A stretch of 64,000 bases of DNA. Origin: Asterias rubens (Eukaryota). Where the stretch lies: positions 7,068,001 to 7,132,000 of the forward strand of contig NC_047064.1 of the NCBI RefSeq assembly GCF_902459465.1. The letters are read 5' to 3'. Positions 34,600-46,300 of the stretch are shown here, one piece after another. Every line of letters starts with the position of its first letter. The stretch's first letter is position 1. The position numbers and the translations under genes are program-made. The notes under the pieces were generated by a model. That model searched no databases, was not told the origin of the DNA, and worked only from the letters and a program-made list of their open reading frames with translations.

Positions 34600-37500
34600 T
34601 TACTTTCTTGGGACTGCGCAGGTCTCAAATGGCATCGGAGTCAACGCAAGACCGTTGTTAGCCTCGAAGGACAGCTGTTGAACATCTTTAGGTTTCTTGA
34701 AGGTGAACTGATGCAGGAAATGTGAGAAGAAGATGAACAGCTCCATCTTGGCAAGTCGCTCTCCCAGACACACACGGCGACCTGCAAGGGAAACAAATAA
34801 TGAAGTAGTGCAAAGTCATAAGTATTTAGGTGTAGTCATTTCCTCCAATCTTAAATGGGGGGACCATGTTAAGCATATCAACTCTAGAACCTCAAGGCCT
34901 CTTGGTTTTATTAGACGTCTTGTCCGCTGTAACGATGCTGACATTTTGGTTAAGCTATATTATAATTCATCGTGTCGCCCCATTCTGGAGTACGGGGCTC
35001 CAGCTTGGATTCCACACCAGTCTGGTCATCTGAAAGATCTTGAAAAGATTCAAAAGCGCTTAGCGCGTACTTGTCTGCCTGCACCTAGAGGTGAGTTGCC
35101 TTACAATGAACGCCTTCAAAGGCTTGGGCTTACCTCTTTGGAGAATAGATATAATTACTTTGCCATTGCCTATGTTGCCAAGTGTCTATATAGGGTGTAT
35201 GATGTTGATCCTTTCAATTTTATTACAATTAATGCTCGCCATTCTGACACTCTTAAATTTCATCATACTTATGCTAGAACTGATGCTTTTAAATTTACTG
35301 TTTTTAACAGATTTCCTGTCTACTTTGACAGTTTACCCTCCCCCATGTTAGGGACCAACTTTTAACTAGCCTTCCTGGTTTTGTTAGAGGAATCAAAAAG
35401 CATTTTAAAGAAATCAGCTGGCAGGTCCACATTTAATTTTTTTTTAATGCATTATTGTTTTTTCTTGCTTGTCTTTTATATCTGAGTTGCCTGGCTTGGC
35501 TGGTTGGTAATACGTATTCCTCCTATGGAGGGTGTGTCTTGTTAATACTCGTTATTGTCTCGAACCAAAAGGTCAGCCACTTTGAAAGTGACTTTTTGTC
35601 GCTATTGGCTTTCCCTGCCAGGGTTCTTGTCTTTTGTTTCAATCAATCAATCAATCAATCGTCCGCATAGACAGCAAAGGTGCGTCGCGCCGATCTCCTG
35701 TGTCCACGTCCTACAGCTTCGTCCTACATGCCGTCAATCACGCTGGGCCGACCCAGTTGTTCTTGCCAGGATGACCTGGGACGACCGCGGGGTCTCTTCC
35801 AGCCGGGACCTGGTGGTTTACCTCGCCTGGAATCGACGGCGATGCCCAGAGCACTTTTGGCTGGGATGTTGTCAGCCAGGCGAGCGACGTGACCGAAGAA
35901 GGCGGTGCGGCGACGTTGGATTTGGTAGTTGATGGTGGGCAGTCCTGTCCTGTGGGTGACCTCGATGTTACTGATGAAGTTGAACCACTGGATGCCGAGG
36001 ATTGAGCGTTGAGACCTCTGGTGGAATGACTCAAGTCTTCTGAGGTCGGGTTTGAGAAGGGTCCAGGTTTCTGAGCCGTATAGCAGGACGGGAATGACAC
36101 ATGTCCGGTATATGTCCAGCTGGGTGGTGAGTTTCAGACTCTTTAGCCTCCAAATTCTGCGTAAGCTGGTCATAGCGGATGAAGCGAGACCGAGGCGTCT
36201 GAGGATGTCGGGTTCACTGCGCCCAGTGTTGGAGATCTTGCTTCCCAGATATACAAAATCCTCCACAATGTCGACAGACTGGCCATTCACCACAACATGA
36301 GAAGGAGTGCTGGAGCCGCCCGGACCTAGAGTTTGCATTTTCGTTTTATGCCAAGAGATGTTGAGGCCAAGGTAGGCAGCCTCGCTCTGAAAAGACTGGA
36401 TTGCGGTATTCAGATTGTTGGTATTGTTACTGACGAGAGCGACATCATCTGCGTAGTCCAGGTCTGAAAACCTGAACTGACCGACGGTGATCCCTACCAT
36501 AGTAGCCCTATCAAGGATCCAGTCCATCGCACGGCAAAAAAGGGAGGGTGCCAGGATGCAGCCCTGCCTTACACCAGATCTTGTGAGGAAGCTTTCGGAG
36601 GTATTCCTTCCTTGGCGCACCCTAGCGGTGGTGCTGGTATGGAGATCCTTGATGAGGGTAAGGAGATGGTCTGGAACTCCTATGCCTTGGAGGGCTTTCC
36701 AAAGTGCTTTCCTATCGACCGAGTCAAAAGCTGCCTTCAGGTCAACGTAGGCCACTGATAAGGGTTGTTGGAACTCGTGATGCAGCTCGGACAGCAGACG
36801 AAGGGCGAGAATGGCATCCATGGCGGAGCGACCAGCCTTGAATCCAGATTGCTCTGGTCGTCTGTGCTCAACAAGCAGGGGGTTCAACCGGGCCAGGAGG
36901 ACGTGAGCAAAAACCTTCCCTGGAACAGATAGAAGCGTGATGGGCCGGTAGCTGCTGCATTCAGTGCGGGGGCCCTTCCCTTTGTATAGTGTAACTATGA
37001 TGCTCTCTTTCCACTCTGCCGGGGCTTTTCCTGATCGCCATGCCTGAAGGAAGAGCTTGTGGAGAACAGCACTGATCGGGTCGATGGCGCACTTCAAGAG
37101 CTTCAGGGGGGATGTGGTCGGGACCAGCTGCTCTACCGTTCTTTAGCTTTCTGATGGCTGACTTCACCTCTTCGAGGGTGGGAGCATCCTCAGGCTCGAG
37201 ATCTATTGGAGGAGCTACTGGAATGTCCAGGTCTGGACAAGATGGAGCTGGTGGGTGGTTAAGGGCAGCTTCAAAATGCTCCTTCCATCTGTCTAGAGAT
37301 TCCTCGTCAGATGAGCAGGGAGAACCATTGGACTTGTTTATGGTCGAGTTGACGCTCCTTTCAGATTTTGGGCGGAGTTCTTTGATGACTTTGTATGCGG
37401 CTTTGAGGTTTTGGTGGGAGAAGTTGTTGTCGATGCTCTTGGAGAGGTTCTCCAAGTAAACTTCCCTGTCATGCTTTGCCATGGCTCGGATGGTCTGTAG

Positions 37501-40500
37501 TGTTTTGTGTTCCACCCCCACTGGAGGTGTTTCCTACACAATCATTGTATCTGCCCGCGGCCAGGCCAGGTTTCTCAGTAATTTGCTTGTGTTTTTGCAT
37601 ATTTTTTGCTGTTCTCTTTTTATAACCACTGTAATATTGCTTTTTCTTGTAAATCTTTGATGTGCAATTTTTTAATACATGTTTGTGTTTTTTCATGTTT
37701 GCTGGCAAATCAAATGAAATGAAATGAAATGTAAGTACTGGTTGTTATTCTTGTTTATTAAAGATATGGTCCGAGGCGATGCCGATGACTGGAGAACACA
37801 GTGTCTAACGCAGAATATACCTCGACAGTCCAAGATGGTCGATGCCTAAAACAGACAGTGCCACCTGTCGTAAGTACTCAAAAAGATGATAGTATGCAGT
37901 CGACGCAGACCGTTGCCATTTTGATTACTGGACAAGTCATGTATCGTTCTGTTGTTTTTTAAGTCTCTTCTTTTCAGTTTTTAATTTTGCTTTGTTTGTG
38001 TTATTATATTGCCAATGTCATGTCCATTCAGCCATTTTTGGCTACAATGTGATATTTAAGCAAAATGAGAAACAAATCATAGATCCCTTTTCCACCATGT
38101 TTACTGCCGCGACGATCTCAAATTGAATAATATAGGAGTCCTATATTTTGGGACGCTTCATTCGCATGTCGTCCACGTTGTGTGTGAAGGGGCTTGTCGA
38201 GTTTCCGCATCTATTTCGTGCTCATTGTGAACAATTTTCACTTGAAAAAAAACACCCAGATTGTCATCACGGTAAAATATGGCTTTTCCTTTTGACTCTA
38301 CACGTTTTAAAAGCGAATAGTTCAGATGTGACGACAACGACAACGCACACATAATGCATTCAATATTTATAGGGCAAATTCTTCAAAGAACAAATGAGTT
38401 AAAATAATCAAGAAAATACGTTTATTCAACGCAATATTGGTATGGGTGACTTGCTCACTACATCGAGTTTTATTTGGGGGTCCCTACGTATATTGGTTTT
38501 CTTTACCTGTACTAAAAGGCAGATGCTCCTCCCTTGGCTTCAAGAAACCAGCTTCGTCAAGAAATCTTTCCGGATTAAACCTATCTGGATCGGACCAGAT
38601 GGATGAATCTCGGCTGACGGCCCAAAGGTTAGCAAAAAGCATTGTCCCCTTTGGGATATCGTAGCCAAGTAGGCTGGTATCTTTGGAGAACATGTGAGCA
38701 AGGCCAAGAGATCCAATGGACGCCAGACGCTGCACCTCCAAGATGGTCGCCTCTGTGTATGGCAGCTGAGGTTTGTCCGCCATGTTGGGTAAACGGTCTC
38801 TACCTACTGCATCGTCGAGCTCCCTCTGAACCCTGGCTTGTACCTCAGGGTAGGCCATCATGTACAGTAAAGCCCAACGGAGGGTGGATGCCGTAGTCTC
38901 CGTTCCAGCTGCAAAGAGCTCAAATGTAGTCAGTAACATGTTGTCAGCAGTGATGTGACTCTGGACATTCTTGGTATCATTTTCGGAGATGTCTCTAAGG
39001 AAAACGTCGATGAAATCTTTGGGATTGTTGGCGTCCAAATTTCTACGGTGCTCGTCTATACATTCCTTGATGAACTCTACCACCAGACGCGCATTAGTTT
39101 GTAGCTCTTTGTGTATTGAAGTGAATGATAGATAGTCCATAATTGGGAGACACGAATACGCTCCACCACCAGACAAGAGTTCAAAGTTACGGTTCAGCAA
39201 CTTCAGCAGTTGCTGGAACTTTGGATCAGAGTAGTCGAATCGTTGACCCAGGGTAATGGAGCAGATGACATTCGAAACAGCGTTGCTTATCAGATGGGTT
39301 GGATTGAAAGGATTGTCCCCGTGCTCTTTGATGGCTTCGATAAGACATCCTGCCTCAGTAGCGACGGAGACTTCAAAACTAGACTTACCCACACCTAACC
39401 CTCTCAATACAGTCAGAGAAAACTTCCTCTGCTGAGACCAGCTGTCACCAGAGGCCGTTAATACACCTGGAAGGAGGACATTTGAAAATTCAAAAATGAT
39501 ATTTCAATATCATTATAAAGATGAGTATGATATTCATGGCATTTTATGTTGCGGGTCTGAAAAGAGACACCACTTCTCACAAGATTTACACTTTGCTGTA
39601 TGCCATGCCTGGAAGTAAGGTGCTATACGAAGTGGCGTGTCATGGCCTCTAGCAGTTAAGAGCACCCGACTTATTATAAGCTTACGAGTCCCAGGTGTGA
39701 CAACTGTGTCCTTCAGCAAGACACTTAACCATGATGCCTCTTCCTTCGGATGGGACCTAAAGCCGTTGGTCCAGTGTGTTTTAAAATGCACGCAAAAGAA
39801 TCATTGAGTTATCGAAATAAGAAGGGTTTTGCCCCCGGTGTACTTGGTTTGATTGACAACATATTGCGCCACAGCACTTTGTAAACCATTACATGATCCT
39901 ATGAGTAGGCACTAGCTCGCATAAATCAAACGTACTCCACATACCTTGGAGGGAAATACTGAATGTTGAAACGCCTTGAGCGTTCACACGTGACGGATAT
40001 AAGCGCTTTATAAGAAGCCACTCATATTAATATTATTTATTTTCAAATTAAACTTTCTTAAAGCACTTGAACTCGGTTGTTTGAATTAGTACTCTGATAG
40101 AAAGTTGAAATCAAATTCAATATCGAGGAAGCGACATAAAGTACTAAGAAGATATACACTTGGTACTTAGCCTCAAAACTCTAAACTACATTACCTAAAG
40201 TGTCAGGATCGTGTGTGATTTTCTTGTAGAAGCTTGTGGGTGGACGGGCTGCAGTGTTAGGGTGACTCAGAGCCTCCTTGATGGAAGCGAAGCTGTTGAC
40301 GACCACCACCAATGTACCACCTAGATTTATACTAAACACCGGTCCGTAGGTCTTGGCCAGTCGGGTTAAGCTCTTGTACTCGTCCCCGGCCAAGATTAGA
40401 TTTGGGAGGTAGCCAAGAAGGGGCCATCCAGTCGGGCCGGGAGGAAGGTTCCTCGGCCGTCGGTAAAACCATGTAGCTATGAAGAGAGCTATCAACCCAA

Positions 40501-40552
40501 CTATCACTGACTTGACAGTCAATAGGTAAACCTCGTGCTGTAGGAAAGCCAT
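34600..40552 (-). CDS. Cytochrome P450 clan 2 (CYP2-like) gene D, intact, 499 aa
   Basis: Exons (minus) 40552-40195, 39466-38507, 34781-34600 (358/960/182 bp), GT-AG. All P450 motifs present. Intron 2 is expanded to 3725 bp by LINE insertions. Confidence 0.93.
34808..35660 (+). mobile_element. 3' fragment of an L2/CR1-group LINE (RT C-terminus plus 3' UTR)
   Basis: ORF 34733..35365 carries KYLGV..S.NLKW..H, RPILEYG...W.P, LEKIQKR, Y.ERL..LGL.SLE.R, typical of the CR1/L2 ORF2 end. It is followed by a T-rich UTR and (AATC)n at about 35641-35660. Confidence 0.8.
35661..37521 (-). mobile_element. 5'-truncated RTE-clade non-LTR retrotransposon (reverse transcriptase), one frameshift
   Basis: ORFs 37521-36961 and 37097-35724 join at GPDHIPPE(L)LKCA through a 1-nt insertion. 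RT motifs YRPITLLS, KAAFDSV, GVRQGCILAPSLF, DYADD, FVYLGS, LLYGSETW, RPRGRP. Short 3' UTR ends in (GATT)n. Confidence 0.9.
37525..37731 (+). mobile_element. Short LINE-like 3' end with (GAAAT)n tail
   Basis: T-rich UTR-like tract ending in aaatcaaatgaaatgaaatgaaat. Host intron sequence homologous to gene C intron 2 resumes immediately after it. Confidence 0.5.
39634..40037 (+). mobile_element. tRNA-derived CORE-SINE (MIR-like core, L2-type tail) in intron 1 of CYP D
   Basis: A-box-like tggcctctagcagttaagagcac; core gtgtccttcagcaagacacttaacc (compare the MIR core tgtgaccttgggcaagtcacttaacc); 3' end gagcg...aagcgctttataag...attattt. Confidence 0.7.
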
Positions 40553-40634
40553 ACTGCTGTAGTTGGCCCTTTCTGCAACGGATACAACGTCAAGTCTACG
40601 ACACCCTTCTATACGCAGATATCTATACACTGCT

Positions 40635-40821
40635 CAAGATCTAAACCTGAGGTCTCGAAATCAAATTCTTGGAAAATTACTTCTTTCTCGAAAACTATGG
40701 CACTTCAGAGGGAGCCGTTTCTCACAATGTTTTATACAATCAACCTCTCCCCATTACTCGCACCAAGAAAGGTTTTATGCTAAAAATTAGTTTGAGTAAT
40801 TACCAATAGTGTCCTCTGCCT
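40635..40821 (-). mobile_element. TTAA MITE family 1 fragment about 80 bp upstream of CYP D ATG
   Basis: Matches the family-1 terminus in reverse (taccaatagtgtcctctgcct). Confidence 0.7.
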
Positions 40822-41355
40822 AGGTTGATGCGGACACGTTCAACCGGAACTTGTCAGAGACAGTTTCCGTTCCCCCTGACGTGTTTCCACCACACGGTAT
40901 ATTTATTTCAAGATTGAAAACGACACAAGAGGACACTATCGATCCCAACTGAACTGAGCCTGAACTTCTGACGGACACTTATTGGTGCATGGCTTGTGAA
41001 TTAAACGCATTGATACCAGCCTTGAGCACCGGGTGGGATCCCGGTAGACGGATGTACTTATGACCATGTTATTGATGAATGAACTTCCTTCATGCTTGAC
41101 TTCGCATCCATTCAGGTCACACACGTACACACCTTACACTTGTCTCCTTTGTCCTCGTAGACTTTGTTCATGGCCCATCACACACATTCTTACCCCAGTC
41201 TTTTAGAAGTCCCATTATGGAGACATGTTGTGTTTCCTTTCTGTTTTCTTCTTGGTCTTTTAACTTTGTAATTTTGTAATGCAATCCGAATCCGAAATAC
41301 ACAAGGAAGTAATAAACTAATTAATATGTGATAAACTGCGTTTAGAATTTGTGTG

Positions 41356-41616
41356 CACTGCAAAAATTGATGGGTGTTAAAATTTACACCATGGGTGTTG
41401 TCACATAATATATACCGATCAGAGGGTCAAATAAACATAAAAAATAACACCAGCAATTAACATAATTGTTTTTCAAGAAATTTGTGTTATAATATTTTAA
41501 CATTCAATGATGTAAATTGCAATGCCTCAAATCATATATAAGTTTTGATTTTTTCGTTGGTATCTATTACGTGACAACATCCAGGGTGTTAATTTAACAC
41601 CCCAGCTTTTGCAGTG
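41356..41616. mobile_element. MITE with CACTG...CAGTG termini (CACTA/EnSpm-like, tentative)
   Basis: cactgcaaaaattgatgggtgttaaaatttacacc / ggtgttaatttaacaccccagcttttgcagtg. TSD not clean. Confidence 0.55.
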
Positions 41617-41769
41617 TAATACATCCCCAGTTAGACCTTGCAGCAAGCCACGTTCGGTGCTGTCAGAGTGCGATATATAGAAAAGATCATTGAAATGCAC
41701 GACAAAGGAGCAAAGTAAGAGTTCTCAAGGTTGTTTTAAAAACGTTGTGTGCTCTTTAAGTCACTGTTG

Positions 41770-42100
41770 TCAGCATAACAACTTACTTGGTAAAGAGCAC
41801 TAGAGAGCTGTTGATAGTATAAAACATTGTGACAAACGGCTCCCTCTGAAGTAACGTAGTTTTTGAGAAAGAATTAATTTCTCAAAAACAATATTTGAAT
41901 TGATTTCGAAATTGGTCTCGAAATCAAGCATCTGAAAGCACACAACTTCGTGCTGACAAGGGTGTTTTTCCCCATTATTATCTCGCAACTTCGATGACCA
42001 AAATATGAGTCCAAATTTTCACATTGTTATTTTGTCCATATGTTGGGATACACCTTGTGACTGGTCTTTGACAATAACCCTAGGTCAGTGTCCAGTGTCT
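41770..42100 (+). mobile_element. TTAA MITE family 1 copy
   Basis: Internal family sequence; ends gtgtccagtgtct|ttaa. Confidence 0.7.
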
Positions 42101-42975
42101 TTAAAGAAATACATTTTGTGCATAATCTTGGCGTATGTTCTGTTGAAGAGAAACATTAAATGATGTTTCTACTTTGAGTAGAAACATCATGGTCCACATA
42201 CTCGTGGATAGGCCTACCCCTGTGTATTTGGGGTTAAGCAAATAAGAGAGTGGCGACGAGTTCTTCTCGTATTTGGGGGTTAAGCAAAAAAGAGAGTGGC
42301 GACGAGTTCAAACGGGCGTTTAAAACCGGCAGGGTCGTGGCCGTGTGAGGAAAGGCACGAGCCGGAGTTATTCGGTCAGCTTTTTTTAAACTCAAATGTG
42401 CACTTCCAAATAATCTTGCTACATATAAATAGGTTTTTCTTAACATATACATATTCATTTTGTTCTTAATATTTATTATATTTTCCAAAGTTTATCTTTA
42501 CTGTTTTTAAATGTTTGTTAAAGATTCTATTCCTATTTTAAGATTGGATTGATAGGCTTTCGAGTCACAGTGGTTAGGTTCACTTTTATTAATCCTGGCC
42601 ATCTTAGAATGGGCTTGTCCTGTCTGTTTTTATAATTGTCTTGCTTGATTGCCAGTGCTCTGTCTCACTCAATCATTGGTTTACAATTGTTCTAGATGTC
42701 TTAAGTTTACATTCATTGTTTCTTATACTGTTATATTTCTTTATTTATATTTCAATATTGTATCTTGTACTGTTTGTTGAAATCTTGGCCGAATAAATAA
42801 TAATAATAATAATAATTCTGGATGGTAGTCAGATCAGCAAACATACTGCTGGATCCAACTATTATAATAAGAGCACTTTTTACTAATAATATGCCCTAAA
42901 CATCCCCATACTTCAACGTTGCGGCCTGGATCATGTGACGTCATCAGTGACAGAGTTGATGTTCACGTCTTTTGT

Positions 42976-43120
42976 TAGTCTTGGTTCCAAGACCATTGGT
43001 GTTGCGCGGTATCAGAGAAACAGAGCGCCCGCTAGCGTTCGTTCATTACAAGCGTGTACAGTTTTTGCCGTGCATAGATAGGAACGTTGGTTGTGTGTGA
43101 CCGCGCACCAACCAAGACTA
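42976..43120. mobile_element. 145-bp MITE with perfect 9-bp TSD, about 240 bp upstream of CYP E ATG
   Basis: TIRs TAGTCTTGGTT / AACCAAGACTA; TSD GTCTTTTGT at 42967-42975 and 43121-43129. Confidence 0.8.
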
Positions 43121-43360
43121 GTCTTTTGTATAAACTTCAACCTTCAACCCCTTGTGGTTGACACGTCCCAGTGAGTGCACACACTGGAACACGATAATGA
43201 TGCCCTTACTGACTCAACCGTGTGCCATCTGCTGTTTCAGTGCTGTAGTGTCAGTACTGGTTACACCGTGGTTATTGCCGTCTTGTTTAATTCTGAGTTG
43301 TTCGTTGGATAGTAAGGAATAAAGAGTCGTGGTCGGAGGAATTCTCAACATAGTAGAAGT

Positions 43361-46300
43361 ATGGTATTCCTACAATACGTATTTAGCCTACTTACTGTCA
43401 AGTCAGTGATAGTTGGGTTGATAGCTCTCTTCATAGCTACATGGTTTTACCGACGGCCGAGGAACCTTCCTCCCGGCCCGACTGGATGGCCCCTTCTTGG
43501 CTACCTCCCAAATCTCATCTCGGCCGGGGACGAGTACAAGAGCTTAACCCGACTGGCCAAGACCTACGGACCGGTGTTTAGTATGAATCTAGGCGGTACA
43601 TCGGTGGTGGTCGTCAACAGCTTCGCTTCCATCAAGGAGGCTCTGAGTCACCCCAACACCGCAGCCCGTCCACCGACAAGCTTCTACAGGAAAATCACAC
43701 ACGATCCAGACGCTCTAGGTAATGTAGTTTGCTGCGTAGCCGCTGGCTACGAGGTGGTGCGAGGAGTTGCGGGGGATTCTGCAATTGAGCCTTATTTCCG
43801 AATACTAACTCCAACAACTGAGTTCAAGTACTTGGATCTACGCAAAACAAAGGTGTACAATTAAACACATGTTGACTAATTTCTGGATGCTTAAAAGTGA
43901 TGAGTGTTGAACAATACATCAAAGAAAGTTCAACTTTGTATATGACACTAGTCGCACTATAGTCGCAAAGGCCGAATTTACAAATGGTTGTACCCCGGAC
44001 TATTTCTGCTAACTAAAAGCAAATGTTCACATCTTGAACACCTCAAGTTGAACACAAGTTGCAGTCACGAAGTTAAAGAGAAGTACCTTAAAAATTAACA
44101 GGTCTAGCCTATGTGTTGTAATTAAAAGCGGCGGAAATTTGAAATGAAATCTCTATTGATGAAAGGTGTTCGACTTTGGGCGGCCTCTCCTCGTATTCAT
44201 TGTATGGTAAAAAGATTAAACATCAACAAATAATAAAGAAACCACAGTCCATGCCTGCTTAATCAGGCCGTCCTATTCATAAGATAAAAAGTACATGAAT
44301 ATCATACCCATCTATGTGTTGAAATGTTGTTGAAATCTCAAGTTTAAATTGCTCTTCCAGGTGTAGCTTCAGCCTCGTGTGCCAGCTGGTCTCAGCAGAG
44401 GAAGTTTTCTCTGACTGTCTTGAGAGGGTTAGGTGTGGGTAAGTCTAGTTTTGAAGTCTCCGTCGGTACTGAAGCAGTATGTCTTATCGAAGCCATCAAA
44501 GAGCACGGGGACCATCCTTTCAATCCAACCCATCTGATTAGCAACGCTGTTTCGAATGTCATCTGCTCCGTTACCCTGGGTAAAAGATTCGACTACTCTG
44601 ATCCAAAGTTCCAGAAGCTGCTGAAGTTGCTGAACCGTAACTTTGAACTCTTAACCGGTGGTGGGGCGTATTCGTATCTCCCAATTATGAACAACTTGTC
44701 ATTTACCTCAACATTCAAAGAAGTACAAACTAATGTGCGTCAGATGGTAGAGTTCCTCCAGGAATGCATTGATGAGCACCGTAGAGTTTTGGACGCCGAC
44801 AATCCCAAAGATTTCATCGACGTTTTCCTCACAGACATATACGCAAATGAGACAAAGAATGTCCAGAGTCACATCACTGCTGACAACATGTTACTGACTA
44901 CATTTGAGCTCTTTGCAGCTGGAACGGAGACTACGGCATCCACCCTCCGTTGGGCTTTATTGTACATGATGGCTTACCCTGAGGTACAAGCCAGGGTTCA
45001 GAGGGAGCTCGACGATGCAGTAGGTAGAGACCGTTTACCCAACATGGCGGACAAACCTCAGCTGCCATACACAGAGGCGACCATCCTGGAGGTGCAGCGT
45101 CTGGCGTCCATCGCGTCCCTCGCCATTCCTCATATGTTCTCCAAGGATACCAGCCTACTTGGCTACGACATCCCAAAGGGGACAATGGTTATTGCTAATC
45201 TTTGGGCTGTCAGCCGAGACCCATCCATCTGGTCAGATCCAGAAAAAATGAATCCGGAGAGATTTCTTGACGAAGCTGGTTCCTTGAAGCTGAGGGAGGA
45301 GCATCTGCCTTTTAGTACAGGTAAGAAAAACCAACATACATCGGGGTTGTTCTAAAACCCCCTCGACCCCCTCGAACCCCACGACCCTTCGACGTCCGCC
45401 CCGTGTTCGAAGTTCGAAGAATGTCCCAATTCCGAATTCATAAAATCGCTTTACGGCCGAGTAAGAATTAAGTCCCCGATTTAGAATTCAACAGTGTGTG
45501 ATCCGTGACGCAACTTCCTTCCACGACTAGGCTTGACTTCAAGTCTGAGACTGCGGTTATATTTATCTGCATAAGCCACACATAATTGGGAATATTTACT
45601 CTCCGCTTCCGCACGAGACAAGTGCACACCGATTGGGGACCCAAAACACGTCCGTGTGGCCATTCGGTCGGTCGGGTCTACAACCTTGAGCTCCGCTTAG
45701 AGCAACTAGTAGTACCATAGTACACAGGACGGGAGCGATCGGCCGGAAATGGGTCCGTCTCATCTCCACGTAATGAGTTGGCCGTAATCGTAATCGGGCG
45801 GTAAATGCAGGTTCCCAGTTGGGTTAATAATCTCGGATCGGCCAAGAGATACACGTGGAATTGCCGCGTTTTTTTATCTGTACGTCGTAATTGCCACAGG
45901 CCCGATCTCGGCAGCCAATCACGCGAAGTTCGCTTCGTGCATATTTTGTGGTAAGAGTCTAGTAATTTTATAACTTTACCAACAATACAAATTAGATTGG
46001 CCTGCAACTGCCGAGGCCTTAAATTATGGGAAAATGCCTGCAACTGCCTAGGCGGGGTAATTACTAATTAACAATAATTAATATTTATTACTTACAACTT
46101 TAACCAATGAGCAGGTTCTTCCCTGTGAGGGGCAAACACCACCAAGCCAAGTCCAAACCTGCTACATTGGCTAAGGAAAATAGTAGCGAAGAAAACTGCC
46201 TTAATAATCGAGAACCTTCTCTGATCAGAACTGACGATGAAGTGGACGAGCATTTGCTATGCGCCCCTCGTTGTCCTTACACCTCAGCAGAAGCGTGCGT

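Noticed and set aside
42224-42310. 45-bp tandem duplication followed by a LINE-like T-rich tract ending in (AAT)n at about 42815
   Set aside because: Probably a decayed retroelement end, but no protein motif was recognisable, so it was not called as a feature.
6451-45185. ORFs antisense to or out of frame with CYP, cathepsin and RTE exons (e.g. 6832..7206, 28113..28430, 36052..36300, 38642..38896, 44931..45185)
   Set aside because: Shadow ORFs of real coding sequence; their similarity to one another simply mirrors the paralogues.
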